Assembly (NCBI GenBank): GCA_963777605.1
Contig: CAVZRV010000031.1
Span: forward strand, 416,001 to 480,000
Length of the DNA: 64,000 nt
Direction: 5' to 3'
Source of the DNA: an uncultured Acidobacteriota bacterium
GTDB taxonomy: Bacteria > Acidobacteriota > UBA6911 > RPQK01 > JAPXNP01
In this document: one piece after another, positions 1 to 10,398 of the stretch
How the letters are laid out: the number at the start of each line of letters is the position of its first letter
Numbering within the stretch: the stretch's first letter is position 1
The notes under the pieces: generated by a model
Databases searched by the model: none
The model's input: the letters and a program-made list of their open reading frames with translations, nothing else
Told to the model about the DNA's origin: nothing
Program-made: the position numbers and the translations under genes

Positions 1-66
1 GGAAATATACGCAGGCCTCCAATCAGGTCACGAATCGTTCCTGGGCCGGGCCAGCTCCGGCGTCAA

Positions 67-1332
67 TTGCCCGGCCGGTGGGCGCAGGCAGCCCTTTTGC
101 TCCTTTTAGGAGGAGCCTTCTTCGGGACAGCCCAAACCACCGCCCAGTCAGCCGAACGTTCCCCTCGGATCACGGAATCCAACATCCGTTTCGTCGAGTA
201 CCCCGACTTTCCGGATGCCCATTCAACCTGGGGCTCGATCGGCTACAGCCTGACCCACGACAAGGTGTTCATCGGAGTGACCAATCACAAGGACCGCGTC
301 GGACTGTTCGAGTACGACGTGCCGTCGCGCAGCATGCGGCTGTGCGGATTTCTTCCGGAACTGGCCAACCTTCGCCCCTATCAGTGGCAGGGGAAGATCC
401 ACTCTCAAATCGTCGAAGGCCCAGGCGGGGTCATGTACTTCTCAACCGATGGCGGTGAGAGCCGCGAAGAGTACCTGATGAACCATCCTCACGGTTACTC
501 AGGCGGTTTCATCATGGCGTGGGACCCTTCCCGGGAGCGCCTGACAAACCTGGGGATCGCGATGCAGTACGAGAGCATCAAGGACCTCCAGGTCAATCCA
601 AAGACTGGGTTGATCTGCCTGGTCTCCTACCCTCAGGTCCATTTTCTGAGCTACGATCCGTCCCGGAATGTTCTGCGGGACCTGGGTCGACTCGGGAGTG
701 ACCACGTTCCCCGGGTGATGTTCAGCGACTGGTGGGGCAACGTCTATTATCCCGACTGGCGCCAGCGCCTGGTCAAGTTCGACGCCACATCGGAAATTCT
801 CGAATTCTCACGCGAAAGCCTGCCCGCTTTTCCGGGCACGCCGGGAGAGGCGATCGTAACCGGAGTAACAGCCTATGCTGCCGACCAGGAGGCCCAGGTC
901 CTTTACCTCGTGACATACGGGGCCAAACTCCTGGCCTTCCACCCTCAGCGTGAAGGAATTGGGATGGTGGAGGACCTGGGAGGAGTGTTCGATGATCCGG
1001 CAAGGCCACCCTGGGATTATTACTGCCCCAATCTTTCGCTGGCCCGGAATGGGCGACTTTATTACTTCATCGGGGGTCATGGACGATATGCCGGTCTGGA
1101 GGAGAAACTCCTGCTCGTGGAGTTCGATCCCAGGAGTCACCAAAAGAGGATCGTCTTGAACTTTCCGATCGCCCAAATCAGCGAAGTCACCGGATCGGAC
1201 ATTCGAGACCGGGAGGGCACGATCTACTTCGCGGGCCGTCGGGAGGACCGGACGGCCGAAGCGAGAGGAGAATCGGGGAGCAGTCGTCCATTCCTGATCA
1301 TCTTCAATCCGGAAAGGGCCTTAAATGACTGA
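67..1332 (+). CDS. Secreted beta-propeller-like hypothetical protein
   Basis: 421-aa ORF with TTG start and signal-peptide-like N-terminus (ALLLLLGGAFFG); repeated YDP..DLG blade-like motifs; overlaps the next gene by 8 bp. Confidence 0.75.
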   Translation: MPGRWAQAALLLLLGGAFFGTAQTTAQSAERSPRITESNIRFVEYPDFPDAHSTWGSIGYSLTHDKVFIGVTNHKDRVGLFEYDVPSRSMRLCGFLPELANLRPYQWQGKIHSQIVEGPGGVMYFSTDGGESREEYLMNHPHGYSGGFIMAWDPSRERLTNLGIAMQYESIKDLQVNPKTGLICLVSYPQVHFLSYDPSRNVLRDLGRLGSDHVPRVMFSDWWGNVYYPDWRQRLVKFDATSEILEFSRESLPAFPGTPGEAIVTGVTAYAADQEAQVLYLVTYGAKLLAFHPQREGIGMVEDLGGVFDDPARPPWDYYCPNLSLARNGRLYYFIGGHGRYAGLEEKLLLVEFDPRSHQKRIVLNFPIAQISEVTGSDIRDREGTIYFAGRREDRTAEARGESGSSRPFLIIFNPERALND

Positions 1333-2539
1333 GAGGAAGTATCGCAGTCTGGTTCTCACCGTCACCGTCCTATTCCTGGCGGTCCTGGTTCCGATGGGAT
1401 CGGTGTTGCTTGCGGAGTTTGTCTTCTTCAGCCCGCCGGGTGGATACGCCGTGGAAGTGTCTCTGGAGAATTCACCGCCACCCCACCTTCCAATGTACCG
1501 CAATGCCATTACCTCCCTCGAAATCGTCGGTGACCACGCGATTGGCGGGACTTCGGCCGACCCCGGCTCGAGTCCGTTCCTCTTCTCGGTGTCCCTTTCT
1601 TCGCGGCGGCTCGAATCCAGGCTCGACCTGGCGGACCTCGTGGCCGGCCAGCGGTCGGTCTGCAGCGGTTTCGGGCGCGGGCTGAGCGGCCCGCTCTGGG
1701 CCGGCACCCTTCCCGATCGGGATGGCGATTCGGGTCACCTCATCGAGGTGCGGGTCGAAGGTGCAATGCTCAACGCCTTCGACCGTGGGACTCCTGTCCC
1801 GGGCGAAGGCATATTCGCACTGGCAGCGTCTTTTGATGGTGAAGAACTCTACGGCATCGCTCATCCTTCGGGTCGGTTCTTCAACTACAACGTGAATTCC
1901 GGTGCCACTCGAGTTTTCGAAGAAACCGCTCTCTCCCCGGAAACTCTTCACTTCCTCGGCGCCTATGCCCTCACCCCCGAAGATGTGCTTTGTCGACGGC
2001 TGGCCGTTGATTCCCGGGGAAGGGTCTACGGCAGTCGCCCGGTATCAAAGCTTTTCCGATTCGACCCGAACGAGAAAGAGATCGAAGTCCTGCCCGACGA
2101 GATTCCGGCGGTTTGGGGCAGGCGCCCCCTCGGACGAGCGGACAGCTGGGCGGTTGGACCCGACGGGCTCCTTTACGGTGGCAACAGCGGTGACGGTCAA
2201 CTCTTCTCCCTGAATCCCGAGGACGGTTCAGTGACCAATCTCGGCAAGCCAATTATGATGCCCGGGATGAAAGGCCTGGGATTTGGACGCGATGGCTTCC
2301 TTTACGGGATTGCGGGTGCCGCCCCCGGATATGCGCACCTGTTCCGGTATGATCCGCTCGGCAAGGGCTTCCTGGACCTGGGCAACCCCCGTTTCCTGCT
2401 CAAGGCGCCGGGCATCGAACAGGGCATCTGGTGGCGTGGTTTTCAGATAGGGACCCTTGCCGTCTCCGAAGACGGGCGCTGGATCGCGCTGGGAGAACAA
2501 GAGGCGCTCAGCCAGCTAATGGTCTTCCCGGTCAACTGA
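1325..2539 (+). CDS. Secreted/anchored beta-propeller-like hypothetical protein
   Basis: 404-aa ORF with hydrophobic N-terminus; repeated LFRFDP/LFRYDP/NLGKP/DLGNP blade motifs. Confidence 0.75.
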   Translation: MTERKYRSLVLTVTVLFLAVLVPMGSVLLAEFVFFSPPGGYAVEVSLENSPPPHLPMYRNAITSLEIVGDHAIGGTSADPGSSPFLFSVSLSSRRLESRLDLADLVAGQRSVCSGFGRGLSGPLWAGTLPDRDGDSGHLIEVRVEGAMLNAFDRGTPVPGEGIFALAASFDGEELYGIAHPSGRFFNYNVNSGATRVFEETALSPETLHFLGAYALTPEDVLCRRLAVDSRGRVYGSRPVSKLFRFDPNEKEIEVLPDEIPAVWGRRPLGRADSWAVGPDGLLYGGNSGDGQLFSLNPEDGSVTNLGKPIMMPGMKGLGFGRDGFLYGIAGAAPGYAHLFRYDPLGKGFLDLGNPRFLLKAPGIEQGIWWRGFQIGTLAVSEDGRWIALGEQEALSQLMVFPVN

Positions 2540-3001
2540 ACCGGCCGGGAGAGAGTCTCGCGAGGCAGCGAATGCATCGCGGGCAAGCTTTTTAACGAGG
2601 TCGACGATTCCCATCAAACCCATACTCTTGCCCATGGACAATTCTCGTCCGAAGAATCGATAGATGATGTCCCGGGGAATTGCGGCGACCTGTTCAGGTG
2701 GCGCCCCGGAGCAGGTTTCGTCCAGGATCACCGCGGTCGCCATCGCCGAAATCCCCTGGGGATTCTCAACCGCGAAGTAGTATTTCAGGGTACCGTCATC
2801 CGACTGCAACGCCCACACAAAAGCCTCGGATTCGCATCCTGGAACCCGGTGCTCCTCAGCGTAGGGCTTCGGTGCGATCGATTCGGGAACCCGTTCAAAC
2901 CGCTCGGAAAGAGAAATCAGGACTTCGACGCGCTCGGCCCGGTCAGTCACCGAGTCGAAGAGCTCGACCATTTCCGCAAGTTTCTCGGGAATTCCGTCCA
3001 T
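2516..3001 (-). CDS. sufE: SufE family Fe-S/sulfur acceptor protein
   Basis: HRVPGCESEAFVW matches the SufE V.GC.S motif; directly downstream of a rhodanese gene. Confidence 0.85.
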   Translation of the reverse strand: MDGIPEKLAEMVELFDSVTDRAERVEVLISLSERFERVPESIAPKPYAEEHRVPGCESEAFVWALQSDDGTLKYYFAVENPQGISAMATAVILDETCSGAPPEQVAAIPRDIIYRFFGRELSMGKSMGLMGIVDLVKKLARDAFAASRDSLPAGSVDREDH

Positions 3002-3036
3002 CGTCCCCACCAGGTTTCACAGCGACAAGGCTGCGG

Positions 3037-3909
3037 CTACTTCTCGATTGGTACATTAACCAGATTTCCCCACTCGGTCCAGCTTCCGTCGTAATTCCGG
3101 ACCTTCGGGTAACCCAGCAAATACCGAAGCACGAACCAGGTGTGACTGCTTCGCTCGCCGATCCGGCAGTAAACGATGACGTCGTCCCCGGGATCAATCC
3201 GGTTTTCTTCCCGGTAGATCCTGACCAGTTCCCCGGAAGGCTTGAAGGTTCCGTCGTTGGTATCCACCGCGCGAGCCCAGGGAATACTCGCAGCACCAGG
3301 AATGTGGCCGCCGCGCAGCGCACCTTCGTTGGGATAGTCTTCCATGTGCAGCCGTTCTCCCGAATACTCGGCCGGACTGCGAACATCGACCAGGGCCCCA
3401 CCGGCGCCAAGATGCTCGAGCACCTGGTCCCGGAAGGCCCGAAACCTGGAGTCGTCCCGCGCCGGAGCCGCATAGTCGCTCCTCGTGCAGGATGGGACCT
3501 CTCTGGTCAGCGGGCGTTTTTCCTGGACCCATTTCAGACGGCCTCCGTCCATGACCCGTGCGTTCTCGTGGCCGAAGAGCTGGAACACCCAGAACGCGTA
3601 ACAGGCCCACCAGTTGCTCTTGTCTCCGTAAAACACCACCTGTGTTTCGGGCGTCACCCCAATCCGGCTCATCAGTTCGCTGAAGGCCTGCTGATCCAGG
3701 TAGTCACGCCGCAGGGGATCGTTCAAGTCACGGGTCCAGTCAACCTCCACCGCCCCGGGGATATGGTTGGAGGCATAGAGAAGCGGGTCCTCGTCGGACT
3801 CGACGATTCGGACGTTCGGATCATTCAGGTGGGCTGCGACCCAATCGGTCGACACCAGAATCTCGGGGTGGGCATATCCTCTGTCTTCAATTCTGCTCAT
3901 GGCATTCAT
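3037..3909 (-). CDS. Two-domain sulfurtransferase (rhodanese, SseA/CysA type)
   Basis: [16 protein letters not shown], active-site YCRIGERSS and C-terminal NYDGSWTEW signature. Confidence 0.93.
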   Translation of the reverse strand: MNAMSRIEDRGYAHPEILVSTDWVAAHLNDPNVRIVESDEDPLLYASNHIPGAVEVDWTRDLNDPLRRDYLDQQAFSELMSRIGVTPETQVVFYGDKSNWWACYAFWVFQLFGHENARVMDGGRLKWVQEKRPLTREVPSCTRSDYAAPARDDSRFRAFRDQVLEHLGAGGALVDVRSPAEYSGERLHMEDYPNEGALRGGHIPGAASIPWARAVDTNDGTFKPSGELVRIYREENRIDPGDDVIVYCRIGERSSHTWFVLRYLLGYPKVRNYDGSWTEWGNLVNVPIEK

Positions 3910-4006
3910 CCTGGAAACTATCGCGCTCGGGATTTCCCGAGGAATTCTTGTTGAATAAGGTACCGGTGATTTGCGCCCATTATTTCATGGATTTGGAAGC
4001 GACGGA

Positions 4007-4096
4007 GGATGGGACGTATGGGACATGCGACTAATGGGACTCGTGGTGCCTTGGTCTCGTGTCCGATGGGTTCTATTGGTCCCATGCGTACCATCC
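4007..4096. repeat. Imperfect inverted repeat built from ATGGGAC-like heptamers
   Basis: GGATGGGACGTATGGGAC (4007-4024) matches the reverse complement of 4079-4096 at 16/18; right arm has four heptamers at 9-bp period. Confidence 0.7.
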
Positions 4097-4126
4097 CCTC
4101 TCGCCCCCTCACCCTCCCACCTCAAA

Positions 4127-4155
4127 TTGACCTCATTCCGCTCGACTGCTATCAT
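4127..4155 (+). promoter_or_regulatory. Sigma70-type promoter for the radical SAM gene
   Basis: TTGACC-N17-TATCAT. Confidence 0.6.
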
Positions 4156-4233
4156 CGCGCGTTTAGTGGGCGGTGTCCCTTCCGACCGCTCTCCAATGCA
4201 GCTCAGGATGGGTTCTTTGTACAGAGGTGGATT

Positions 4234-5262
4234 TTGATCGGAATCTGGAAGCGGTTTACGCTTCGGACGAGAGAATGGGCGATGATCGGCCGAGGTCTCG
4301 TATCCAGGGACCATCCCATCCTCGCCCACCTGATCCCGATGCGGCGATGTAACCTTTCCTGCGCCTACTGCAACGAGTACGACGATCACTCGGAACCGGT
4401 GGCCACGACAACCATACTCTCCCGGGTCGATCGCCTTGCGGACCTGGGCACGGCCGTCATCACGATCAGCGGAGGAGAACCCCTTCTCCACCCCGAGCTC
4501 GAGCAGATAATCTCCGTGATCCGCAGACGCGGCATGATCGCGGGAATGATCACCAACGGCTACCTGCTGTCCCGAAAGAGGATCCAGTCGTTGAATCGGG
4601 CCGGACTGGATCACCTCCAGATCAGTATCGACAACGTGGTCCCCGACGACGTTTCCATGAAGAGCCTCAAGGTGCTCGACAAGAAGCTGAGATACCTTTC
4701 CGAAGAGGCGAACTTCAAGGTGAACATCAACACCGTCCTCGGCTCCGGGGTGCGCAACCCGGACGATGCACTGACCGTGGCCCGGCGGGCTGTCGAACTC
4801 GGATTCACCTGCACGGTCGGAATCATCCACGACGGAGATGGGCACCTAAAGGCCCTGGGCGAGAAGGAGAGAGAGGTCTTCGACCACGTGCGCCGGCTCG
4901 GCAAGCAGGGCTACGCACGCCTGACCAAGTATTACCAGGAGAACCTTTCGGCAGGTCGTCCCAACAACTGGCGATGTCGCGCAGGAGCCCGCTACCTGTA
5001 TGTTTGCGAGGACGGCCTGGTCCACTACTGTTCCCAGCAGAAAGGTTACCCGGCCATCCCCCTCGAAAAGTACACGGTTGCAGATATCAAGCGGGAGTAC
5101 CTGACCCCGAAAGGATGCGCCCCCTACTGCACGATTTCCTGCGTCCACCAGGCTTCCCTGGTAGATTTCTTCAGAGCTCCGCAGGATCTCCAGCCCGCAC
5201 CCGATCTAGCCGGTCAACTCGGCGAAACGGCATCGGCCGACAACCTGGTGGAAATCAACTAG
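4234..5262 (+). CDS. Radical SAM protein with C-terminal SPASM/twitch-like Cys motif
   Basis: [14 protein letters not shown]-terminal CRAG...C and CAPYCTISC; start placed at the TTG after GAGGTGG, downstream of the promoter (ORF-track start 4009 runs through the repeat). Confidence 0.88.
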   Translation: MIGIWKRFTLRTREWAMIGRGLVSRDHPILAHLIPMRRCNLSCAYCNEYDDHSEPVATTTILSRVDRLADLGTAVITISGGEPLLHPELEQIISVIRRRGMIAGMITNGYLLSRKRIQSLNRAGLDHLQISIDNVVPDDVSMKSLKVLDKKLRYLSEEANFKVNINTVLGSGVRNPDDALTVARRAVELGFTCTVGIIHDGDGHLKALGEKEREVFDHVRRLGKQGYARLTKYYQENLSAGRPNNWRCRAGARYLYVCEDGLVHYCSQQKGYPAIPLEKYTVADIKREYLTPKGCAPYCTISCVHQASLVDFFRAPQDLQPAPDLAGQLGETASADNLVEIN

Positions 5263-5279
5263 GGCCCTGGCTCAGGACT

Positions 5280-5283
<4 letters not shown>
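5259..5283. repeat. CTAG-bounded 25-bp hairpin between convergent genes
   Basis: CTAGGGCCCTG-GCT-CAGGACTCTAG; each CTAG contains the TAG stop of one flanking gene. Confidence 0.65.
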
Positions 5284-6596
<1,313 letters not shown>

Positions 6597-6707
6597 TGTC
6601 AAATCTCCTCCAATCCAGTCAAGATTCCAACCGAACTCCATGGTGTACCGACAGCGGCAATCTGGCAAGGCTCCCGGAGCGGAAATCGCACAGGTGGCCA
6701 GACGCGT

Positions 6708-7448
6708 TCAGACACTTTCGGCGGCTTCCCTGCCCCCGACTCCCTCGCGAGGACAGGCCTCGCGGAACGGGCATCGGCAGCAATCCGGCCGCCTTCGACA
6801 GGTGTTCTTGCCGTGTTGGACGATCAGGGCGTGATAGGCGCGGTACAGGGACACGTCCGGCTGGAGTTGTCTCTCGAAGGCGGCCTTGAGCTCTTCGTAG
6901 CCGATACCGGTGGCGATCAGGGCCATCCGCTCCAGGAACCGGCGGGTGTAGTTGTCCACGACGAACTCCGGCTCGCCAAACGCGTAGAGCAGGATCGAAT
7001 CCGCAGTTTCCGGCCCAACACCCCGCACCGAAAGCAGGCTCTCGCGGCTGGGCAGCGGACCGTTCAGAGAAAGAAACAGGCGGGCCAATTGCCGAAGAGT
7101 CGCCGATTTCTGACGATAGAATCCGCTGGAACGGATCGCCTTCTGGATTGTCTCATCGGAAGACTCGACGATCGATGCCAAGTCAACCAGGCCAACGTCC
7201 CGAAGTTGACAGAGAGAAATCTCGACATTTTCCCAGCGCGTGTTCTGGGTCAGGACCGCCCCAATTACAATTTCCAACCACTCCGGGGAGAACCCTCCCC
7301 GCCGCGGCCAATCCCCTCCAGGCCAGGAAGGATCGAAGTGATAGTACTCCTGAAGAAGCCGGTACAATTCCCCGAAATCAACTCCCCAATCCGGCAAGCG
7401 GGAGCGCGGAACACGGCTACGTTTCAATCTTAACGACACGGCTGACAT
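6708..7448 (-). CDS. Endonuclease III-related HhH-GPD protein (COG2231-like)
   Basis: GAVLTQNTRWENV, HhH GVGPETADSILLY, VVDNY, C-terminal Fe-S cysteines; true start probably somewhat downstream of 7448. Confidence 0.88.
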   Translation of the reverse strand: MSAVSLRLKRSRVPRSRLPDWGVDFGELYRLLQEYYHFDPSWPGGDWPRRGGFSPEWLEIVIGAVLTQNTRWENVEISLCQLRDVGLVDLASIVESSDETIQKAIRSSGFYRQKSATLRQLARLFLSLNGPLPSRESLLSVRGVGPETADSILLYAFGEPEFVVDNYTRRFLERMALIATGIGYEELKAAFERQLQPDVSLYRAYHALIVQHGKNTCRRRPDCCRCPFREACPREGVGGREAAESV

Positions 7449-7659
7449 TGCCCATCAGCATGGCGATCTTGACTCGCTCACCCGGCTTGGGGTCGGGGTA
7501 GATGAGGTTGTCGCTGACACGCGCCCGGCGGATCGATTCGCGGGGATCATCGGGAAGAGAGAACCCGATCTCGACAAAGCGGGCCCCGTGAACCTGAAAG
7601 CTCCGCACCACCTTGATAACGGCCTCAACCTCACTCTGAAAGAAATTGGAAGCGCCCAC
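7417..7659 (-). CDS. Small hypothetical protein (80 aa)
   Basis: Protein-like beta-rich composition; co-directional with neighbours and fills the gap between them. Confidence 0.5.
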   Translation of the reverse strand: MGASNFFQSEVEAVIKVVRSFQVHGARFVEIGFSLPDDPRESIRRARVSDNLIYPDPKPGERVKIAMLMGNVSRVVKIET

Positions 7660-7688
7660 GACTGGGAAAATACCACAGATCGAGGTCG

Positions 7689-8624
7689 CTAATGGGTTCG
7701 AAGCATCCCGATCGAAGCTGTGGCATCCCGGTTCAGGCGTATCGTGAGTTCGGTTTCAGTGGGAAGGGTCAGGTCGTTTCCCCGGGAGGTCAACACCCCG
7801 GCAACACCGGCCAAGGCTCCAATCGCGCCACCCACCTTGGCCCCACCACCCCCACCGGTCAGAACGCCGATCAGGGCACCGATTCCGGTAGACACGCCGA
7901 CTTTCTTGGCGTCCTCGCCCTTCTGGCCGGGAGCCTCGAGCTTGCCCGAGTCGTCCGCGACCTCTTCCTTGCGACGGGGTTCGATTGAGATCACGCTGCC
8001 GTCAATGGGAATTCGGGATCCGTCGGCAAGTTCGATTTCCTGGAAGTGAAGCGTCATCTCGGCACGCCCCCGGACTCTTCCAGCCCGCTTCAGGTGAGTG
8101 ATCTCGCCGTAGACCCGGGATCCGGCCGGGACCACAGTCAGGTTGTCAATCACAACGTCTTCAATCACTTCCGCCCGGAAATCGTCCCCGACCTCGTTCC
8201 GCTGAGTTGCCAGGGTCTGCTGGAGCCGGACGTCGATTGTACTGTCCTTCGAAATCGTTACCCGGCCTCCCACCGAGGCAGACTGATTCGCCCGGGTGGC
8301 AGCGGAGGAGGGCCTGTTCGTGATTCTGGGTTCGGGGCCTAAGCCGTAGCCTTCCTCGTAACCGTCTTCGAAGCCCCGCCGATAGGCAACCTGGTAGACG
8401 TCCCGGACGTGAAGCTGCGGATCGTATCCTCTCAGTCCTTCGTGATAGGCGGTGTTGTTCGCAAAATCGAAGGGCCTTCCCGCAGCCCGATCCTGGCTGC
8501 CGGCCACCTTGCCATCCGCAAAGCCGGCGTCATAGGCAATCCGGTAAGTGTCCTGACCCGCCATGGCGGGCAGGAGCCACCCAGCAAGAATCAACGCCAG
8601 GATAAGCGGAAGTCTGGTTCTCAT
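7689..8624 (-). CDS. Secreted protein with VirB10/TrbI-like beta domain and glycine zipper
   Basis: Signal peptide; YxxGFxDG repeats; VPAGSRVYGEI...AGRVRGRAEMTL; GIGALIG..GGAIG zipper. Confidence 0.8.
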   Translation of the reverse strand: MRTRLPLILALILAGWLLPAMAGQDTYRIAYDAGFADGKVAGSQDRAAGRPFDFANNTAYHEGLRGYDPQLHVRDVYQVAYRRGFEDGYEEGYGLGPEPRITNRPSSAATRANQSASVGGRVTISKDSTIDVRLQQTLATQRNEVGDDFRAEVIEDVVIDNLTVVPAGSRVYGEITHLKRAGRVRGRAEMTLHFQEIELADGSRIPIDGSVISIEPRRKEEVADDSGKLEAPGQKGEDAKKVGVSTGIGALIGVLTGGGGGAKVGGAIGALAGVAGVLTSRGNDLTLPTETELTIRLNRDATASIGMLRTH

Positions 8625-8634
8625 AGTTCGCCCA

Positions 8635-9168
8635 CTACTCAGTCGAGAGTGCCACTCGGTCTTTCAATTCTGACCATGGCGCGGTGAATGCATCCAGCAG
8701 CAACTGGCTGCCCTGGCCTCCGACCGACTCGAGCTCGCCGTTCGAGGCTTCGTACTGGAAATAGTACAGGATGTAACTGTCCCGGGCGTACAGGCCGCCG
8801 GTACGTTCATAACGGACCTTGCCGACAAACTGACCCAGTTCATCCCCCTCCTTGTTGAAGACCTTGAGCTTTGAGAGGGCACTTTCGGGAACCAGTCGTA
8901 TCAACGAATTCGTCAACGGGAAATAGGCATCCTCGTTCTTTGTCGAAAAAAGCTGGCCGAAGGTGAAGGAACAGGTCTGTCCCTGCAACCTCAGGTCGAT
9001 ATCGTTTAACACCTTGTCGATGTCCTCCCACTTCAGCACTTTCGGCTTACCTCTAGTCTTCAATTTCTTGGGGAGCTTCATCTCCTTCAACACCGTCCGG
9101 CAATCCTGAGCGGCCATCGGGCTCACTAAATTTGCCGCCAACAGGAGAATCAATCCCATCCACTTCAT
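8635..9168 (-). CDS. Secreted hypothetical protein
   Basis: MKWMGLILLLAANLVSPMAAQ signal peptide after a GAGAGG RBS; the upstream part of the track ORF overlaps hemE and is excluded. Confidence 0.7.
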   Translation of the reverse strand: MKWMGLILLLAANLVSPMAAQDCRTVLKEMKLPKKLKTRGKPKVLKWEDIDKVLNDIDLRLQGQTCSFTFGQLFSTKNEDAYFPLTNSLIRLVPESALSKLKVFNKEGDELGQFVGKVRYERTGGLYARDSYILYYFQYEASNGELESVGGQGSQLLLDAFTAPWSELKDRVALSTE

Positions 9169-9239
9169 TTCTCGCCTCTCTATTGGATGTAAGAACACCT
9201 CAAAAAGGTTGAATTCCACTTCGAACTGGCTAAAACCCG

Positions 9240-10274
9240 TTACAAAGCTTGATGTACCCACTCCACGACCGCATCGACATTGTCGAGAGGGGTCTGGGGC
9301 AAAAAGCCGTGCCCCAAATTGAAAATATGTCCTGCCCGGTCGCCGGCCTGTTCCAGCACGGAGAGGACTTTCTCCCTCAACACTTCGCGAGGGGCCATCA
9401 TCGCCGTCGGGTCGAGGTTGCCCTGAACGGCCCGATCGAAACCGATTCGCTCCCACGCCTGTCCCAGGGGGATCCTCCAGTCGACACCGATCACCGTGCC
9501 TCCGGCTTCTCTCAGGAGATCCAGGTACCCGGACGTGCCCGTTCCGAAGTGTATAACCGGGACGCCCAAAGACTCCAACCCTCTGAGGACTTTGGCCGAG
9601 TGCGGCAAGACGTAGCGCCGGTAGTCGTCAGGATCCAGGATTCCAACCCAGCTGTCGAAAAGCTGAACGGCCTGCGCACCGGCCTGGATCTGGGCCGTGA
9701 GATATCGTAGCGTCGATTCGCTCACCACGCCCATCAGCCGGTTCCAGCTTTCCGGGCGGTCGTACATCATCGACTTCGTGTGGAGAAAATGACGCGAGTG
9801 CCCTCCTTCAATCATGTAGCTGGCGATCGTAAACGGAGCACCGGCAAATCCAATCAGGGCTATCCGGGGCGGGAGCTCCTTGCGGACGATCTTGAGTGCC
9901 TCGAGGACGTATCCGAGCGATTCTTGTGGTTCGACCACGCGAAGTTTCGCGACATCGTCTCCTGACCTGACCGGGCAGAAGATCTGCGGTCCCTCCCCCG
10001 CAACGAAGTCAAAGTCCACTCCCATCGGGGGCAAAGGCAACAGGATATCGGCAAATATGATTGCCGCATCGAGGTCAAAACGCTTGATCGGCTGCAGGGT
10101 CACTTCGGCGGCCAGCTCCGGCGACCGGCACAGCTCGAGCATGCCGTACTTCTCGCGGAGTTTTCGGTACTCGGCCATGTAGCGTCCGGCCTGGCGCATG
10201 AACCAGACCGGCTTTCGATCGGCCGGAAGACGTTGACAGGCCTGGAGGAACGGGTACTCAGATGATGACATCAA
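9240..10274 (-). CDS. hemE: Uroporphyrinogen decarboxylase
   Basis: PVWFMRQAGRYM, DAAIIFADIL, GFAGAPFT, QGNLDP, IFNLGHG. Confidence 0.97.
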   Translation of the reverse strand: MMSSSEYPFLQACQRLPADRKPVWFMRQAGRYMAEYRKLREKYGMLELCRSPELAAEVTLQPIKRFDLDAAIIFADILLPLPPMGVDFDFVAGEGPQIFCPVRSGDDVAKLRVVEPQESLGYVLEALKIVRKELPPRIALIGFAGAPFTIASYMIEGGHSRHFLHTKSMMYDRPESWNRLMGVVSESTLRYLTAQIQAGAQAVQLFDSWVGILDPDDYRRYVLPHSAKVLRGLESLGVPVIHFGTGTSGYLDLLREAGGTVIGVDWRIPLGQAWERIGFDRAVQGNLDPTAMMAPREVLREKVLSVLEQAGDRAGHIFNLGHGFLPQTPLDNVDAVVEWVHQAL

Positions 10275-10398
10275 TCACCTCATTTCTGCTTTCGTCGGTG
10301 TTCTTTTTCGAGCCCCTATTCTGTCATATCCACCCCGATCCGCAGATTTCTCCAGTCGAACGTTTCTAGTAGGTGAAGGAAAGGGAAGGTGATCCGTC

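Noticed and set aside
2680-3954. Long antisense ORFs (also 17089..18429, 54246..55757, 58070..59590, 61995..63731)
   Set aside because: They shadow well-supported genes on the opposite strand, as expected from high-GC codon bias, and have no recognisable motifs.
7689-8624. VirB10-like domain and the pilin at 41446 as evidence of a conjugative element or secretion system
   Set aside because: No VirB4, VirD4, relaxase or pilus assembly genes are in the window; both look like stand-alone chromosomal genes.
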